From positions 40,486 through 104,485 of the forward strand of contig JAUCBJ010001784.1 in assembly GCA_032718475.1 (NCBI GenBank): 64,000 nucleotides of DNA, given 5' to 3'. The notes beneath the pieces were generated by a model. The model did not search any database. It was given only the letters and a program-made list of their open reading frames with translations, and was not told where the DNA came from. The translations under genes and the position numbers were made by a program. The DNA comes from Nemertoderma westbladi (taxonomy: Eukaryota > Animalia > Xenacoelomorpha). Of the stretch, positions 1 through 11,700 are shown piece after piece; position 1 is the stretch's first letter; each line of letters starts with the position of its first letter.

Positions 1-2
1 TT

Positions 3-2858
3 TCCTATGTCAATATTGTAACTTTTTTTGTTTTTTTATTATACTCATCACTGGGATTTATATTAAATATTGTCACAGTGTTGACGACGAATATTATGTT
101 GTTCAGGTTGAATTCTAGTTTAATTGGATTTGCTATGGCGGTGCGTGAATGTGGTGAACTAAAGTGTGTTTTTCAGCGAATTGATAACTTTCTTGGTTTT
201 AGCAATAATACATTTGTTGGAGAAGGATTAGCAAATCAAAAATTGAGAATTATTTTGTTAGACCCTAAAGATATTTTTATAACTGTAGATAATATATCGG
301 CAAAATGGGCAATCAACAACGCCTATGTTATACATCATCTAACATTTAAAGCATATTTTGGGGAGATAGTATACGTAATAGGACCAGTTGGTTCTGGTAA
401 GTCTAGTCTACTGCAGGCAATATTAGGAGAGTTGCCTATAGAAACTGGATCTATAAATAAAAATGGGAAGATGGCCTATGTATCGCAAACACCATTCATA
501 TTCTCGGGAACTATACGGGACAATATCCTACTGGGCCAAACATTTGAGACAAAATGGTTTAACGAGGTTATCGAACTTAGCTGTTTAACAATGGATCTAT
601 TAAATTTTAAAGATGGGGATAATACATTAGTTGGAGAAAAAGGTATTTCATTATCGGGTGGCCAAAAAGCTCGTATTGCTTTAGCGAGAGCAGTTTATTC
701 TAGAGCAAATATATATCTTATGGATGATCCTCTTTCAGCTGTAGACAGACGAGTGGCCAATAACTTAGTAGATAACTGTTTGAAGCACTGCCAATCAAGG
801 GGTATTGTAATTATCGTCACCCACCTACTGCAAATTATCCCTTCAAATTCAAGAATTGTATCTCTTTATGACAATGATGTCTATAAATCGCTAAACATGG
901 AGGTCTCATCACAAACTTATATAGGGAATGGAATAACTTCTTTGGGGATTTATAATAGTGAATTGACAGATGATAAATTCCGTGACACGATAAATAATGT
1001 TTCTGATACATTCATTGAAATAAACATGGAAATCCCTTATAGACCTACTCTCATATTTATTAAAGCTGGTTTAACTGGACCACGTCTGTTAGTTTTAACA
1101 TTAACAATAGTTTGTTCATTAATATATTTAACACTTTCGGATTATTGGTTGATAACTTGGGCCATTCAGACCTCATCAAATGGAAATGACACCCAAGAAA
1201 GTGATTTCAATGAGAATAACATTATTAAGCAATTCATCACTGAAACAAATTGGGGATACATTATACTTGTGTATGCATATCTTGTTGTTTCATATTCAGT
1301 AAGTGTCATATGCAGTGTTCTGGCAGTTTATAGGATTATACTAGGCGCATCTAACAATATACATAATCAAATTCTCAAAACAGTCTGTCATGCCCCAATG
1401 AAATTTTTCTATCAGAACTCCGCAGGAGGAATACTGAACCGATTCTCCAAAGACTTAGGAATATTAGACAACATAATCCCAATTCTACTTGGATTTATGG
1501 TTCAGTATATATGTCATTGCTCGATTGTTATTTTAGTTTCTGGAATAGCCAATCCATGGACTTTTGTAATATCTATCCCTATTCTTGTTTTTGTTCTTCA
1601 GATACGAATATTTATAATGAAAAGCTTTAAACAGGTGAAATTTCTGGAAGGATCAGCAAGAAATCCTCTATTTCAGCATGCTTCTGATACCCTAGAAGGT
1701 CGAGATGTCATAAAGGCGTTTGAGGTTCAATCAATTTATATGAAAAATTTTCTTTACCACTTGGATAAACATACAGAATCAGTATTTATGGTTTATGGAC
1801 TTCAAGCATTGCTATCAATTACTGTGTGCATATCTTATGCTCTTTTTAACTTTTTGTTTTTACTCCTATTTTTATATATGGATCGCTTTGTTTCAAATGA
1901 AATATTATGTTTAGCCGTAATATACATGTTGAACATGGTAAATTTTGTTACATATATCATACTTGGCTCAGCCCTGCTGGAAATTGATATAACATCTGTG
2001 GATCGAGTTCTCGATTATACAAAATTAGATCAAGAAGCTGCATTTCATACAGCTTTTAATCATCGTCCAATTGATTGGCCAAATTCTGGAGTAATTTGTT
2101 TCAAAAGTGTTAAACTTACGTATGGTGATAATGAGGTTTTGCATGGAATCAATTTTGAGACACGGCCTTCTGAGAAAATAGGAATTGTAGGACGAACAGG
2201 AGCTGGTAAATCCTCGTTGTTTACAGTGTTACTTCGCCTTGTAGAACCTCAAGGAATAATCACCATAGATGATGTTGACATAACAGGAATTGGTTTACAT
2301 GATTTACGGAAGTCAATAGCAGTCATTCCACAGGATCCCGTTCTGTTTCAAGGTACTTTGCGGTACAACTTAGATCCTTTCAATGAGTTTGACACTATAG
2401 AAATCATTAAAGTTCTAGAATGTGTTCAATTGAAAGCATCTATCGAAATGAGAGCTGATTCTAAATGTGGTTATGGGTCAATTACTCCTTGTGATGTGGA
2501 ATCTGTCATTTTGGATTTTGAAGTTCATAATCGTGGCAGTAACCTCAGTGTTGGGGAGAAGCAGTTAGTTTGTTTAGCAAGAGCAATGTTACGAAACTGT
2601 AAAGTTGTGCTTATTGATGAGGCAACATCTGCTATTGATCAGTTTACAGATGAAGTTATACAGAAAGTCATATCAATTAATTTATATAATGCAACTGTTT
2701 TGATAATAGCCCATCGGATTAATACTATATTAAACTGCAATAGAGTAATTGTGATGAGTGAAGGAGAAATTGTAGATTTCGATGAACCAAAACATCTGCT
2801 GGAAGATAAGAACAGCTTCTTATATTATGTAGTTAAACCTGACAAAGACAGACAATAA
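3..2858 (+). CDS. ABC transporter subfamily C (ABCC4/MRP4-like); end of TMD1, NBD1, TMD2, NBD2; 5'-incomplete
   Basis: NBD1 Walker A GPVGSGKSS, signature LSGGQKAR, Walker B IYLMDD; TMD2 with ILNRFSKDL; NBD2 GRTGAGKSS, LSVGEKQL, VVLIDE. The frame is open from base 3, so the start lies outside the window. No introns over 2.85 kb. Confidence 0.93.
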   Translation, partial: SYVNIVTFFVFLLYSSLGFILNIVTVLTTNIMLFRLNSSLIGFAMAVRECGELKCVFQRIDNFLGFSNNTFVGEGLANQKLRIILLDPKDIFITVDNISAKWAINNAYVIHHLTFKAYFGEIVYVIGPVGSGKSSLLQAILGELPIETGSINKNGKMAYVSQTPFIFSGTIRDNILLGQTFETKWFNEVIELSCLTMDLLNFKDGDNTLVGEKGISLSGGQKARIALARAVYSRANIYLMDDPLSAVDRRVANNLVDNCLKHCQSRGIVIIVTHLLQIIPSNSRIVSLYDNDVYKSLNMEVSSQTYIGNGITSLGIYNSELTDDKFRDTINNVSDTFIEINMEIPYRPTLIFIKAGLTGPRLLVLTLTIVCSLIYLTLSDYWLITWAIQTSSNGNDTQESDFNENNIIKQFITETNWGYIILVYAYLVVSYSVSVICSVLAVYRIILGASNNIHNQILKTVCHAPMKFFYQNSAGGILNRFSKDLGILDNIIPILLGFMVQYICHCSIVILVSGIANPWTFVISIPILVFVLQIRIFIMKSFKQVKFLEGSARNPLFQHASDTLEGRDVIKAFEVQSIYMKNFLYHLDKHTESVFMVYGLQALLSITVCISYALFNFLFLLLFLYMDRFVSNEILCLAVIYMLNMVNFVTYIILGSALLEIDITSVDRVLDYTKLDQEAAFHTAFNHRPIDWPNSGVICFKSVKLTYGDNEVLHGINFETRPSEKIGIVGRTGAGKSSLFTVLLRLVEPQGIITIDDVDITGIGLHDLRKSIAVIPQDPVLFQGTLRYNLDPFNEFDTIEIIKVLECVQLKASIEMRADSKCGYGSITPCDVESVILDFEVHNRGSNLSVGEKQLVCLARAMLRNCKVVLIDEATSAIDQFTDEVIQKVISINLYNATVLIIAHRINTILNCNRVIVMSEGEIVDFDEPKHLLEDKNSFLYYVVKPDKDRQ

Positions 2859-3129
2859 TTTTAAGAATCACAAAGTTACATGTGGGGAGAAAAATGTTGA
2901 AAATTTATGTTGGTGCAGGTGAAAACCATGTAGAATAGGGACTAATTAGTACTATTAAACACCTTTTTACTAAATATTATTTTGACTTTATGATATTATA
3001 TATTATATAAATGTTGATGATGTTACCTACATCCTCAGAATATTTAAATTATCAATTTAAAAATCATTTAAATATAAATAAAATTAAATCCCATCACTTG
3101 TTATTTTCACTGTTAATTATCAATTATTA

Positions 3130-3621
3130 TGTATGATTAATGATTCAATGACCTTCCACTGGAGATAGTAGGAATATTTGCAGCCCGAGTTTTCTTCGGA
3201 GGTAACTCGGCGATCGTACACATCGGAGTCTCGCCGGAAGTCGCTGGACTCATCATCTCCTTCCGGGCACTTGGTGGCGCATAAATCCAGGGTGGGGTGA
3301 GGGGTTGGGTCCCAGTTGCAGCCACCGGTCCGGTGGAAAATGTCCTGGATTAGCACAGTGGCTGAGGCGCCACTATCCGCGAAGACATTGCGTATGATTC
3401 CGCGCCAAATATACCAAATATATAATCAGAGCGTAGTACATAGAGCGTATACATAGAGCAAGTACAAACAATATAGTGCTGGGCCATCTGTCTTGCAGTG
3501 CGCCCTGTGACCTGGTGACTGCAGGATGGTAGTTAGTATCCTGACCAGCTAACTACTTATGTGCTGTCTCTACTCAGTAAGGTAGTAAGTATCCAGAATC
3601 TGTGTATGTCTGTGTAGTCTA
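3130..3621 (-). mobile_element. Possible 5' remnant of an unrelated LTR retroelement (PBS-like motif plus decayed GC-rich start of gag)
   Basis: Minus strand reads TGGCGCGGAATC (~3396-3407), then ATG and a GC-rich broken reading frame within AT-rich DNA; no diagnostic domain recognised. Confidence 0.3.
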
Positions 3622-5283
3622 TGTGACGGGACTGAGTTCAATGATTCCGACTGGGTTAGGTTGTACGCATCACTTTACTGCTGGGCTGCTGAACTAATAT
3701 CTTTGGCCGAAGGCCGTCGGGAAAATAACAGAGTTTGTGTTTCTTGTTGTTAATGTTCCAATGATAATAGCACAGTATGTATAACAGTCGTATAACAGAC
3801 GGTGACACAGAACCATTTGAAGTGTTATGGGGCGTCCTCCAGGGAGACACACTTGCACCATTCTTTTTCATAATTGTGGTTGACTATGTTCTACACATAT
3901 CCTTAGATCATCATAATGAGGATGGGGTGATGATAACTCCACCTACTGGCTCCAGAAGTCGAGGAAATCCTAACTGTCCAAGTACCTAACTGATCTAGAC
4001 TTTGCTGATGACTTAGGAGTACTCTCAGAATCACTAGAGGGAGCCCAACGGCTCCTCAGCTCATTAGAACATGCTGCTTCTAGTGTTGGTCTTTTTATTA
4101 ACTCCAGAAAGACCAAAATTTTGACAGTTAACTTTGAAAGTCCTCAGCAAGTCGCTGATCGGATGAGCATAAGCTCAAAAGATGGTATGCTTGAGAATGT
4201 GGACGACTTCTGTTACCTGGGATCATGGATCCGGAAGTCAGGTGAGGACCTTCGAATACGTAAGGGAAAAGGATGGGCAGCCTTGAATAGGCTTTCCAGG
4301 ATTTGGAAGTCACCGAGAATTAATCGGAAACTTAAGGTCCGATTATTTAGAGCAGCAGTAGTTCCAGTACTCCTCTATGGGAGTCCATGCTGGGCTCTAA
4401 CTGCTGAGGACACCAAATCTCTGGATGGCACATTCACAAGAATGCTACGCCGGGTTCATTGTTTCAAGTACAATGCACAAACCTCCAACCAGACACTATA
4501 TAACATTGGAGGTGTCTCATTGGTTCCCCCAAGCTTAACACTAGAACAAAATCGCCCCCACTTTGCAGGACATTGCTTTCGCCGTCAGGACCAACCAGTG
4601 CATAAGCTTGTACTTTGGCAGCCTCATGGAGTGAATAAGCATGGTGGACAGCCCATGACTTTCTTGAGACGCATCTTAAAGGACACTGGCCTTGAAGATG
4701 CGGATGATCTAGCAAATGTCATGGGTGATAGGGAGTTGTGGCGATGCAATGCAGCTGCAATGCAGCATGCCGATCCTAGGAGTAGTAGAATGTATAACAG
4801 ATAATAGTAGAAATTGCAATACAGAATGATAACAGCAGTATATGAAATGACGGTCTAAACTATTGCTGGTCCCTAACTGTGTGATTAATGAACTGACCGG
4901 TAAATCAGTAATCAGGATAACTATATGATTGATACACATACATATTGGTTTCACCTCTACTCTACTTTGGCCTTTGTTACCCAATGGATGCTTTCCTATC
5001 TTTCCCCACGTGCTCCCCTGCCCGCTATTGGCTTATATACTAATTGTCACTTTGGCACTCCTTGTAGGTGTTACCCCCTGCCGCTAGCCTCGACTGGCTG
5101 GGTTCTCCCTCTGAGGTGGTTTGACCTCTCTCTGTGGCTTAGGGTGTGTGTCGCCCCCCCCCCCCCCCGAGTTGGTTATGAGGCGAGATTATTATTGATA
5201 ATCTCGTATAGCCAACTATATTGGTAAAATGCCACTGGTCCCATTTTCGGGTGGGTAATGTAAGGGAATTGAATCTGCTTACA
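3622..5283 (-). repeat. 3' LTR of element A (~650 bp, TGTAAG...TCACA on minus strand), split by an RTE insertion
   Basis: 3622-3787 plus 4801-5234 align colinearly with 13442-14048; TG...CA termini; bounded by a G-rich PPT. Confidence 0.9.
3788..4789 (+). mobile_element. 5'-truncated RTE-clade LINE inserted in the LTR, 11-bp TSD ATGTATAACAG
   Basis: GVLQGDTLAP, LDFADDL and FCYLGS RT motifs (frameshift near 3975); near-identical to 18053-19070; (TAG)n tail; TSD at 3777-3787 and 4790-4800. Confidence 0.93.
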
Positions 5284-5325
5284 CTCCCCCCCCCCATGCT
5301 ATCTTCCCGGTAAGAAGATAGCATC
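5284..5325 (-). promoter_or_regulatory. Polypurine tract of element A with adjacent 11-bp hairpin
   Basis: Minus strand: GATGCTATCTTCTTACCGGGAAGATAGCAT-G(n)AG then TGTAAG (LTR start); same structure at 44391-44429. Confidence 0.85.
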
Positions 5326-5999
5326 AACCTTAAGTGCGCTTCAATTCCGCTGGAACCCAATCTAATATTGGGTGTGGGGTGGAATTCTTTACTCGGGGTC
5401 GGCTTTCCAGACTGCCCCCCCTGGGTGTGTTATTACTACCCATCCTTGGTGCAATTGCGAGCTATGTTGCTCCGAGGTATCTGGTGTCTCTGTTTGAGAC
5501 TATTGTGCTCACTCTCCACACAATTTTCTTTAACCTTACTCAAATCTTCCTCATGGACCTTGCTGTCCCTTACTCTCACTCTGGTCCCTTGAGACTCATC
5601 CTCTCTCACTGCTCGTTTCCCACACTTGAATTGCACTCCTTTCACTTCCTCACACCTCTACGCACCCTCTCCGTACTTCCCCCGATTCCCCTGTACTCAA
5701 CCCATTTTACTTCACTCACCCCTGACGAGCCTCACCTTCTCTTTTGTGCCGTCGCACTCAAGAAGCGTGATCCATCTAGTGTCTCGTCCTCCTGTCATAG
5801 TCAATTGGTCCCCAGTCCCAGTAGCTAGTTGGAAAAACGTTATATATGACTATAGTACTTACATTGATTATATATTTGATCATTAATTAATTATCTACAT
5901 ATGTACATACTAATTGCACTTGATTATTTGCACTTAGAGTTTGTACTCTGTCCTACATGTGGTGCCTTCCAGGCTCACTGCCATCTCTGTCCCTGAGTT

Positions 6000-6860
6000 C
6001 TAGTTCGCTCCTCCCGTCTTCGGGAACCATCTGAGTTCTTTGCCCCTATCGTTGTCTTGTCTGGGCCGCTTCCTTCCCTCCGGCTTGTCCTCCTTGAGAC
6101 TCCTCATTCTTGCCATTACCGTCTTGCTAAGCGCCGTCGTTGGTTCTTTGGGCGCAGGTGTTATCAACTCCCGGTATCGCTTTGCAGGTGGTCCCTCCGA
6201 GTGTCCCTCCTGTTTCCCCCTGGTAGCATCCCATAGGATCATTTTCATCGCCTGCGGCACGTGCTCTGCCAGAATGTCCCTGAACTCGACCCTGTTTTCC
6301 GGTGACCATCTATCCAAGTATCTCTGAGTGTTAATGACTCCTCCATACGATGCCGCTGTCGCTACCTCCTGATGAATGGTAGTCTCCTCTTGATAATCTC
6401 CTGGTGGGCTCCCGGATTGATATTAAAGAAGCCCCACTGGAACTCCTGGGCCTTCATCCTCTGCCGTGTCATGACACTGACGTCAGCCCACTCCTCGAAG
6501 ATCTTGAACTTCTCTTCATCGTCCATCCAGTCGCACTGGCCCCCATAGTGCCCTCAAAAGTTGCACTTTGAGCATCGGTTGTGCAGCCTCGGACATGCCC
6601 CCATCCTATGGGTCGACTCGTGGCAGTAGAGACAGGTCGTCCCCTTCTGGAATCGATATAAGCAGCTCTTTTCCTGGTGGGTTAGTCTCCCACAGTAATC
6701 ACAGCCGTGTATCAATGCGTCCCACCCCAAGTCGTCCTCACCTAATTGGTTTGGCCTTACAAAGGCTCAATTTGGATGAGTGCCGTTAAACAAGGTGTTC
6801 TGTGTTCCGTTCAGTAATGGCCTACCTCCTAGATTCGAATTTTTCCATATATTTTCAAAT
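6000..6860 (-). pseudogene. Accessory ORF of element A: triple CCHC zinc-knuckle protein with a basic C-terminus (2 in-frame TGA, 1 frameshift)
   Basis: Hand translation: CDYCGRLTHQEKSC, CLYCHESTHRMGAC, CSKCNF*GHYGGQC (all Cx2Cx4Hx4C, ~6530-6703), then FKIFEEWADV...QWGFF; continues after a frameshift near 6380 into ORF 6000-6317 (PPAKRYR, RKRPR). Confidence 0.75.
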
Positions 6861-7235
6861 ATACCCCCCCAAAGTGTCAATTTTTCTTAATTTGTAAAAT
6901 TTGTCAGTTACTTTAATTATGATTCTAGAACTCCCTCCCTCCAGTTGCTATAATTTATTAATTTTTTTTCTAATATTATTTATTTTTCCCTCTCCCTGTG
7001 CTATTAACAACTGTCAGCGGGTTATTTTAACTTAGATATCCCTTCTACTTTGTATACAGGGAAGGCTAGCTATAATTTTACTACGCTAGCTTCTTATCAG
7101 ACAGCTTTCTGGCCCTGTAACAAATATCCTATACTTACACTACGGGCTGTGCGGTACAGTAGTCTGTTTCGTGCGGCCTACACGGCCTGTCCTGCTGTAC
7201 CCACATGCCCCCCTCTTCCCTCCGTGGTGCTCTCA

Positions 7236-7475
7236 ATGCCCACAACTTCTACGGTACTATGTACCCTACTACTACTACTATGGTATGCCTACATACCCTT
7301 TAATTCCGCTTACTACGTGGCGCCCTCAGTGCCCACAACTTCTATGGTACTATGTACCCTACTACTACTGCTATGGTATGCCTACATAACCCTTAATTCC
7401 GCTTACTACGTGGCGCCCTCAGTGCCCACAACTTCTACGGTACTGTGTACCCTACTACTACTACTATGTACTACC
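7236..7475 (-). repeat. ~93-bp tandem repeat (about 2.5-3 copies) with hairpin motifs in the 3' region of element A
   Basis: Repeated GGTAC-ATA/ACA-GTACC and GTTGTGGGCAC...GCGCCACGTAG on the minus strand; homologous to units in element B. Confidence 0.85.
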
Positions 7476-7753
7476 TACTACTACTATTACTACTTATTTT
7501 ATTATTTTGCTTGTTTATTTTTTTGTTTTTATGTGTGGGAAGGGCATCTCGCCCTCATTCCCACCCCCCCCCCCCCCCTCAGTCCAATATATTGGACGAC
7601 TAAACTTTAAGGTGACCCTTCCAATAGGCAACACTTTCCTACCGCCGTGCTGTAGGTCTTCCTATCTTTGGCCCTTATCTTTCCTACAATCCTCACTTCC
7701 ACCGACCTAATCCTGCCATCCTCGTCCCCCGTCAGTCCAACTTATGGGACGAC

Positions 7754-8520
7754 TCAACAACCTAAGGGCGATTCTTCCAGCAGGCAACTCTCCCACTGCC
7801 CCCCTGTAGGTCCTCTTAATCTTCGTCCCACTCTCCTTGTCAATTCCAACTCACTTGGGATTGTTCTTCCTTTCTCCTCCACCCTTAAATCGGGTCTTTC
7901 CGTCATCTCACTGATCTCTTCGTGGTCCTCTGGCAGCAAAATACTACCCTCCATCTTGTCGTCACTTGGTGGTAGAATGCCGCCCCTCATGCCATCCTCA
8001 CTGGTACATGCCACCTCTGCTGGCCTCCCTCTCAATATGTGCGCTGGCATTAAAGCCCCTGATGACCCCGGGTCATCCTTCAGCATGCATAATGGCTTAC
8101 CATTTAATGCCCCTTTGCACTCTGCCAGCCCCATATGCGTGTGCAACACACCTCCTCCAACTTTCCTGCCTCCTTTGTCACGCTTCATCATCGGCCTCTC
8201 CGCCCTTGGTCTAATCTTCCCACATCCTCTCCCTTTCCACCTTGTCTTCTTACTCGACCTCCTTCCCATCGGTATGCTTCTCAACTGGAACGGTGTCTGT
8301 TCCGGATATCTCTCCGGATATCTCACCGTCCACTCTTCTCCATCCTCATACCGATACTCCCCAGGAACATCTATGTTCCATCCCATCGCCTCTAGGTCCT
8401 CTGCCTCTCCTCATTGCTTCTCCTCCTGGCTCATCTATCGGCGGTATTTCTCTGAATTTATCTTCCATCCTTTCACCACGCCCCACCATCTGTGGTTCCA
8501 GATCCATACCCATCCCCGAC
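7754..8520 (-). pseudogene. Remnant of the BEL/Pao integrase C-terminal region
   Basis: LAECKGALNGKPLCMLKDDPGSSGALMPAHILRGRP resembles the BEL/Pao LNSRPL...LTPAHFLIGRP motif; no DDE core seen. Confidence 0.65.
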
Positions 8521-8711
8521 TCCAGGTATCCTCCCTCGGGCTGCTTCTTGTATGGGTCCTCCCAGGGCCTTCAATGCCTCCCAAGGCCCTGGTCCTCCCC
8601 ATCGCCCGTCTTTGGTTTCTCCTCTATGTCCTCAACAGTGCCGGACAGCATGCACCCTATTGTCTCGGAGACGCTGAATGGGATTTTGGTCGTGATTGGG
8701 CCGTTAAGTGT

Positions 8712-11700
8712 TCATCCAAACGGCGTAAGAATCGCCACTGGATCTCGTTGTTTATCCCCTCTGAATATGGTCCGTACTCTCTCATGGGCTGTCGGGCAGT
8801 CCATGCCGACTATAATAGATACCTTCGAGATGTCCACTTCGGGTATTGAGAAATCGATATCGTCCACGAACCGGTATTGCTTGACCTCGATCCTTGTGGG
8901 CCTGGCGTTTATATTAATCGATTCTATTATTTGGATGGGGTCGATGGTCGCCCCATAATCGCAGCCTGGTGCTATTGCTGATATCTCGCAACATCCCGTT
9001 CTCATCTCCAAGACCTCGTCCTTACTCGAGATAGTAGTTACTGCCATTTTACTTGGCCTCGTCTGCAACCCTATCTCTCCGGCCACTCAATTCTCCACTA
9101 GCATGAAGGCTGCTCCGCTGTCGACCAACATTAACATCGTGACCAACCGCCCACTCTCTCCTATTGTCCTCACCGGTACCACCCCGAGTAGTACCGTTCC
9201 CCTTCTCTTCGCTCCCGTGGTGCTTGTCGCCATTGTTTGGCCTTTACCTCCATCTACATCGCCGTGTTTCATTGGTGTTTCCTTACACTCTTCGAATCTG
9301 TGTCCTCCTACCACACATTGATGACAAATTCCATTTATACCCGCATAGGCTACCCGATCTTGTTTAGGCAACGCCTGCCAATGCTTGCAATTCATGGTCC
9401 AATGGAATGCGTTTGTGTGTAATTGGCATTTGTATTTTGGATTGTAGCCTTCTTTATATAGTGCTTCACGTATCGCGCATATATTTATACCTATCGGTTT
9501 AGTGTTTTTATTATTTGGACTCGGCCTACTGGGTGTGTTGGGATTATATTTGTTCGTGTTGTTGTTTTGTTTCTGTCCCTGCCACGGTGTGGCCCTACTC
9601 CCAGCTGTCTGTGGACTTGCAGTCCCCTGTGTGGCCACGTATGGTAGTGACTGTCTTAATTTTGGTAGCGCATTCGCCGCACTGTGCTCGGGTTTAGGCC
9701 TGTTGTATTCAGCTCTCGGCGCCTTCCCCAGACTATCCTCGCTGTAGACTGGGTCTGTAATCAATTCCGCCTCATAGTTAAGGAAGTTCTACATCTCCTC
9801 TAGCCCTGGCTCCGCACCTTTCTTCTCCCGGGTGGAGAAGGCGATCTTTCTCCACTTGTTCCTCAGCCAGATCGGTAGTGCCTGCACTATTGTAGTGATG
9901 TTATTCGATGCGTTGAGTTCGTAAGGTGCATCTAGGGTCTTTAGCACAATCAGCGCCTTTTCGACTTTATTCGCAAAGGTCTTGATGCTGACAGGGTTAT
10001 CCTGTAGTCCGCCTGATGTTAATCCCCTTAAGGTTTCTCGGATGATCTTCGCAGGATGTCTGAATTCCCTGTCCAGGGCCCGCCATGCAGTTGTGAATCC
10101 ACCTTCGATACCTTGGTACTGCCTTACGATGTTGTATGCTGGCCCCCCTGTGTAAACTTGTAGGCATCAAGTTTTCCGTTAGTATTTCGTTGCTGTACAT
10201 ACGCCGGAACTGCAGGTATTCCTCCAGCTTACTACCATCGAATTTGAATGGCTCCACTGGCGGTAGCTCAATCATGGTCTTTAGTACATCGATGAGTGTT
10301 GCCATTCCCATCGATTGTACTTCCAGTGCGCTCGATAGTTGTGATACAGACTCCCTTGCTGTTGGTTGCGGTTCACCCGTCGGGCCTGTCGACTTTCCTT
10401 GTGTAGGATATATCATCGGGGGTAATGGTCCCCTCCATATCTCCGTGTCACATGACTTATTTGGGTCTGAGGGGTTTGGGGTTTTTGTTCTTGGTTGAGC
10501 ATACTGCTGATATTGCAATGGGGGAATGTCACCCTGCCCCCCCCCCCCCCCCCCCACTGGTGTTATATTTGGTACTGGGGTTGATGTTATCATGTTAGGG
10601 CCCATGCATCTATCGGCAATATCTCCCCCCTCCCCTGGGTATATATTATATCCCTGCATATTATAGTCATACTGGTGTGCAGGTACCGGTATAGGCCTAT
10701 CCACTTCTTGCCTTCCTACCAGTATGTATACCGCGACTTCCGGGTCTAATCCCGTTGTCCGCGCTACCCTATCGCCTACACCATCTCTCCCAGCATGGCC
10801 TATAGTATGTGCAGTAAGGCCTACAGTATGTCCTGCAGTCTGCCTGTGTCCTTCCAGACCGAAGTTTAATCTTCTCGAATATTCCAAGAAGTCCTCCCCG
10901 CGACTACCGTATTCTCGATCGGCAGCTACGTTCCGTCGGGAAGTCTCTCTTCGATCTCCTATCCTGTCTTCATCCTCATACAGGTACATCCTGTACCCTT
11001 CTCCCGGTGTGTGGTATATCTCACCAGGTTGTGTTTCTCCGGGGCGACGGAAATCTCCCGGAGTACGACCCCACCGGCTCTCTGACTCTATCTCGACTAC
11101 TGACGGTTCACTGTCCGTCCTTCCCCTCCGGTTGCTCGTAGCAACGCTCCTTCAATTCTCCTCACTTTGTCTCACTTCAGTGCAGTGTTCCTCCTCGTGA
11201 GATCTCGCTTTGACCTCCCGGATAAACTCCACTGTTCTTCTTCCGTCTTCCGACTGGGCTCGACGTCTTCTCGCTCGCCCGCTGACGGCGCCAACGTCTC
11301 TCTCACTGCCTGGTTGGATGGTCCTGGGGATATTCGCAATCCCCCTACTATTCTCTGTCATCGGGTGCCGCGGTTCACCTAACTTGCCACGCGCATTATC
11401 TGCCGACGCTTGTGGGACATTCTCTGCCCCCCCCCCCCCTCTTGCCACTAATCGCTTGTGGTGGGGCGCCCGTAGCCCCCCCCCCCCCCCATCCATCACC
11501 TCTTACTTCGCCCCTACACCCCCCTCTAGTTGACGCATTATCTCTACCCTCGCTGGGTCTATTCACCCCGCTTCTCCCTGAGCAACTGCGTGGCCTTGCA
11601 GGTTCTCGTTGGGTTTATTCACCCCCGCTTCTCCCTGTGCAACTGCACAGGGAGAAGCGGGGGTGGCCTTGCAGGCTCTCATTGGCCGGCTCACTTGTTC

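Noticed and set aside
7668-8849. 393-aa plus-strand ORF and other antisense ORFs within TEs
   Set aside because: Shadows of purine-rich, GC-rich TE coding strands; no recognisable motifs.
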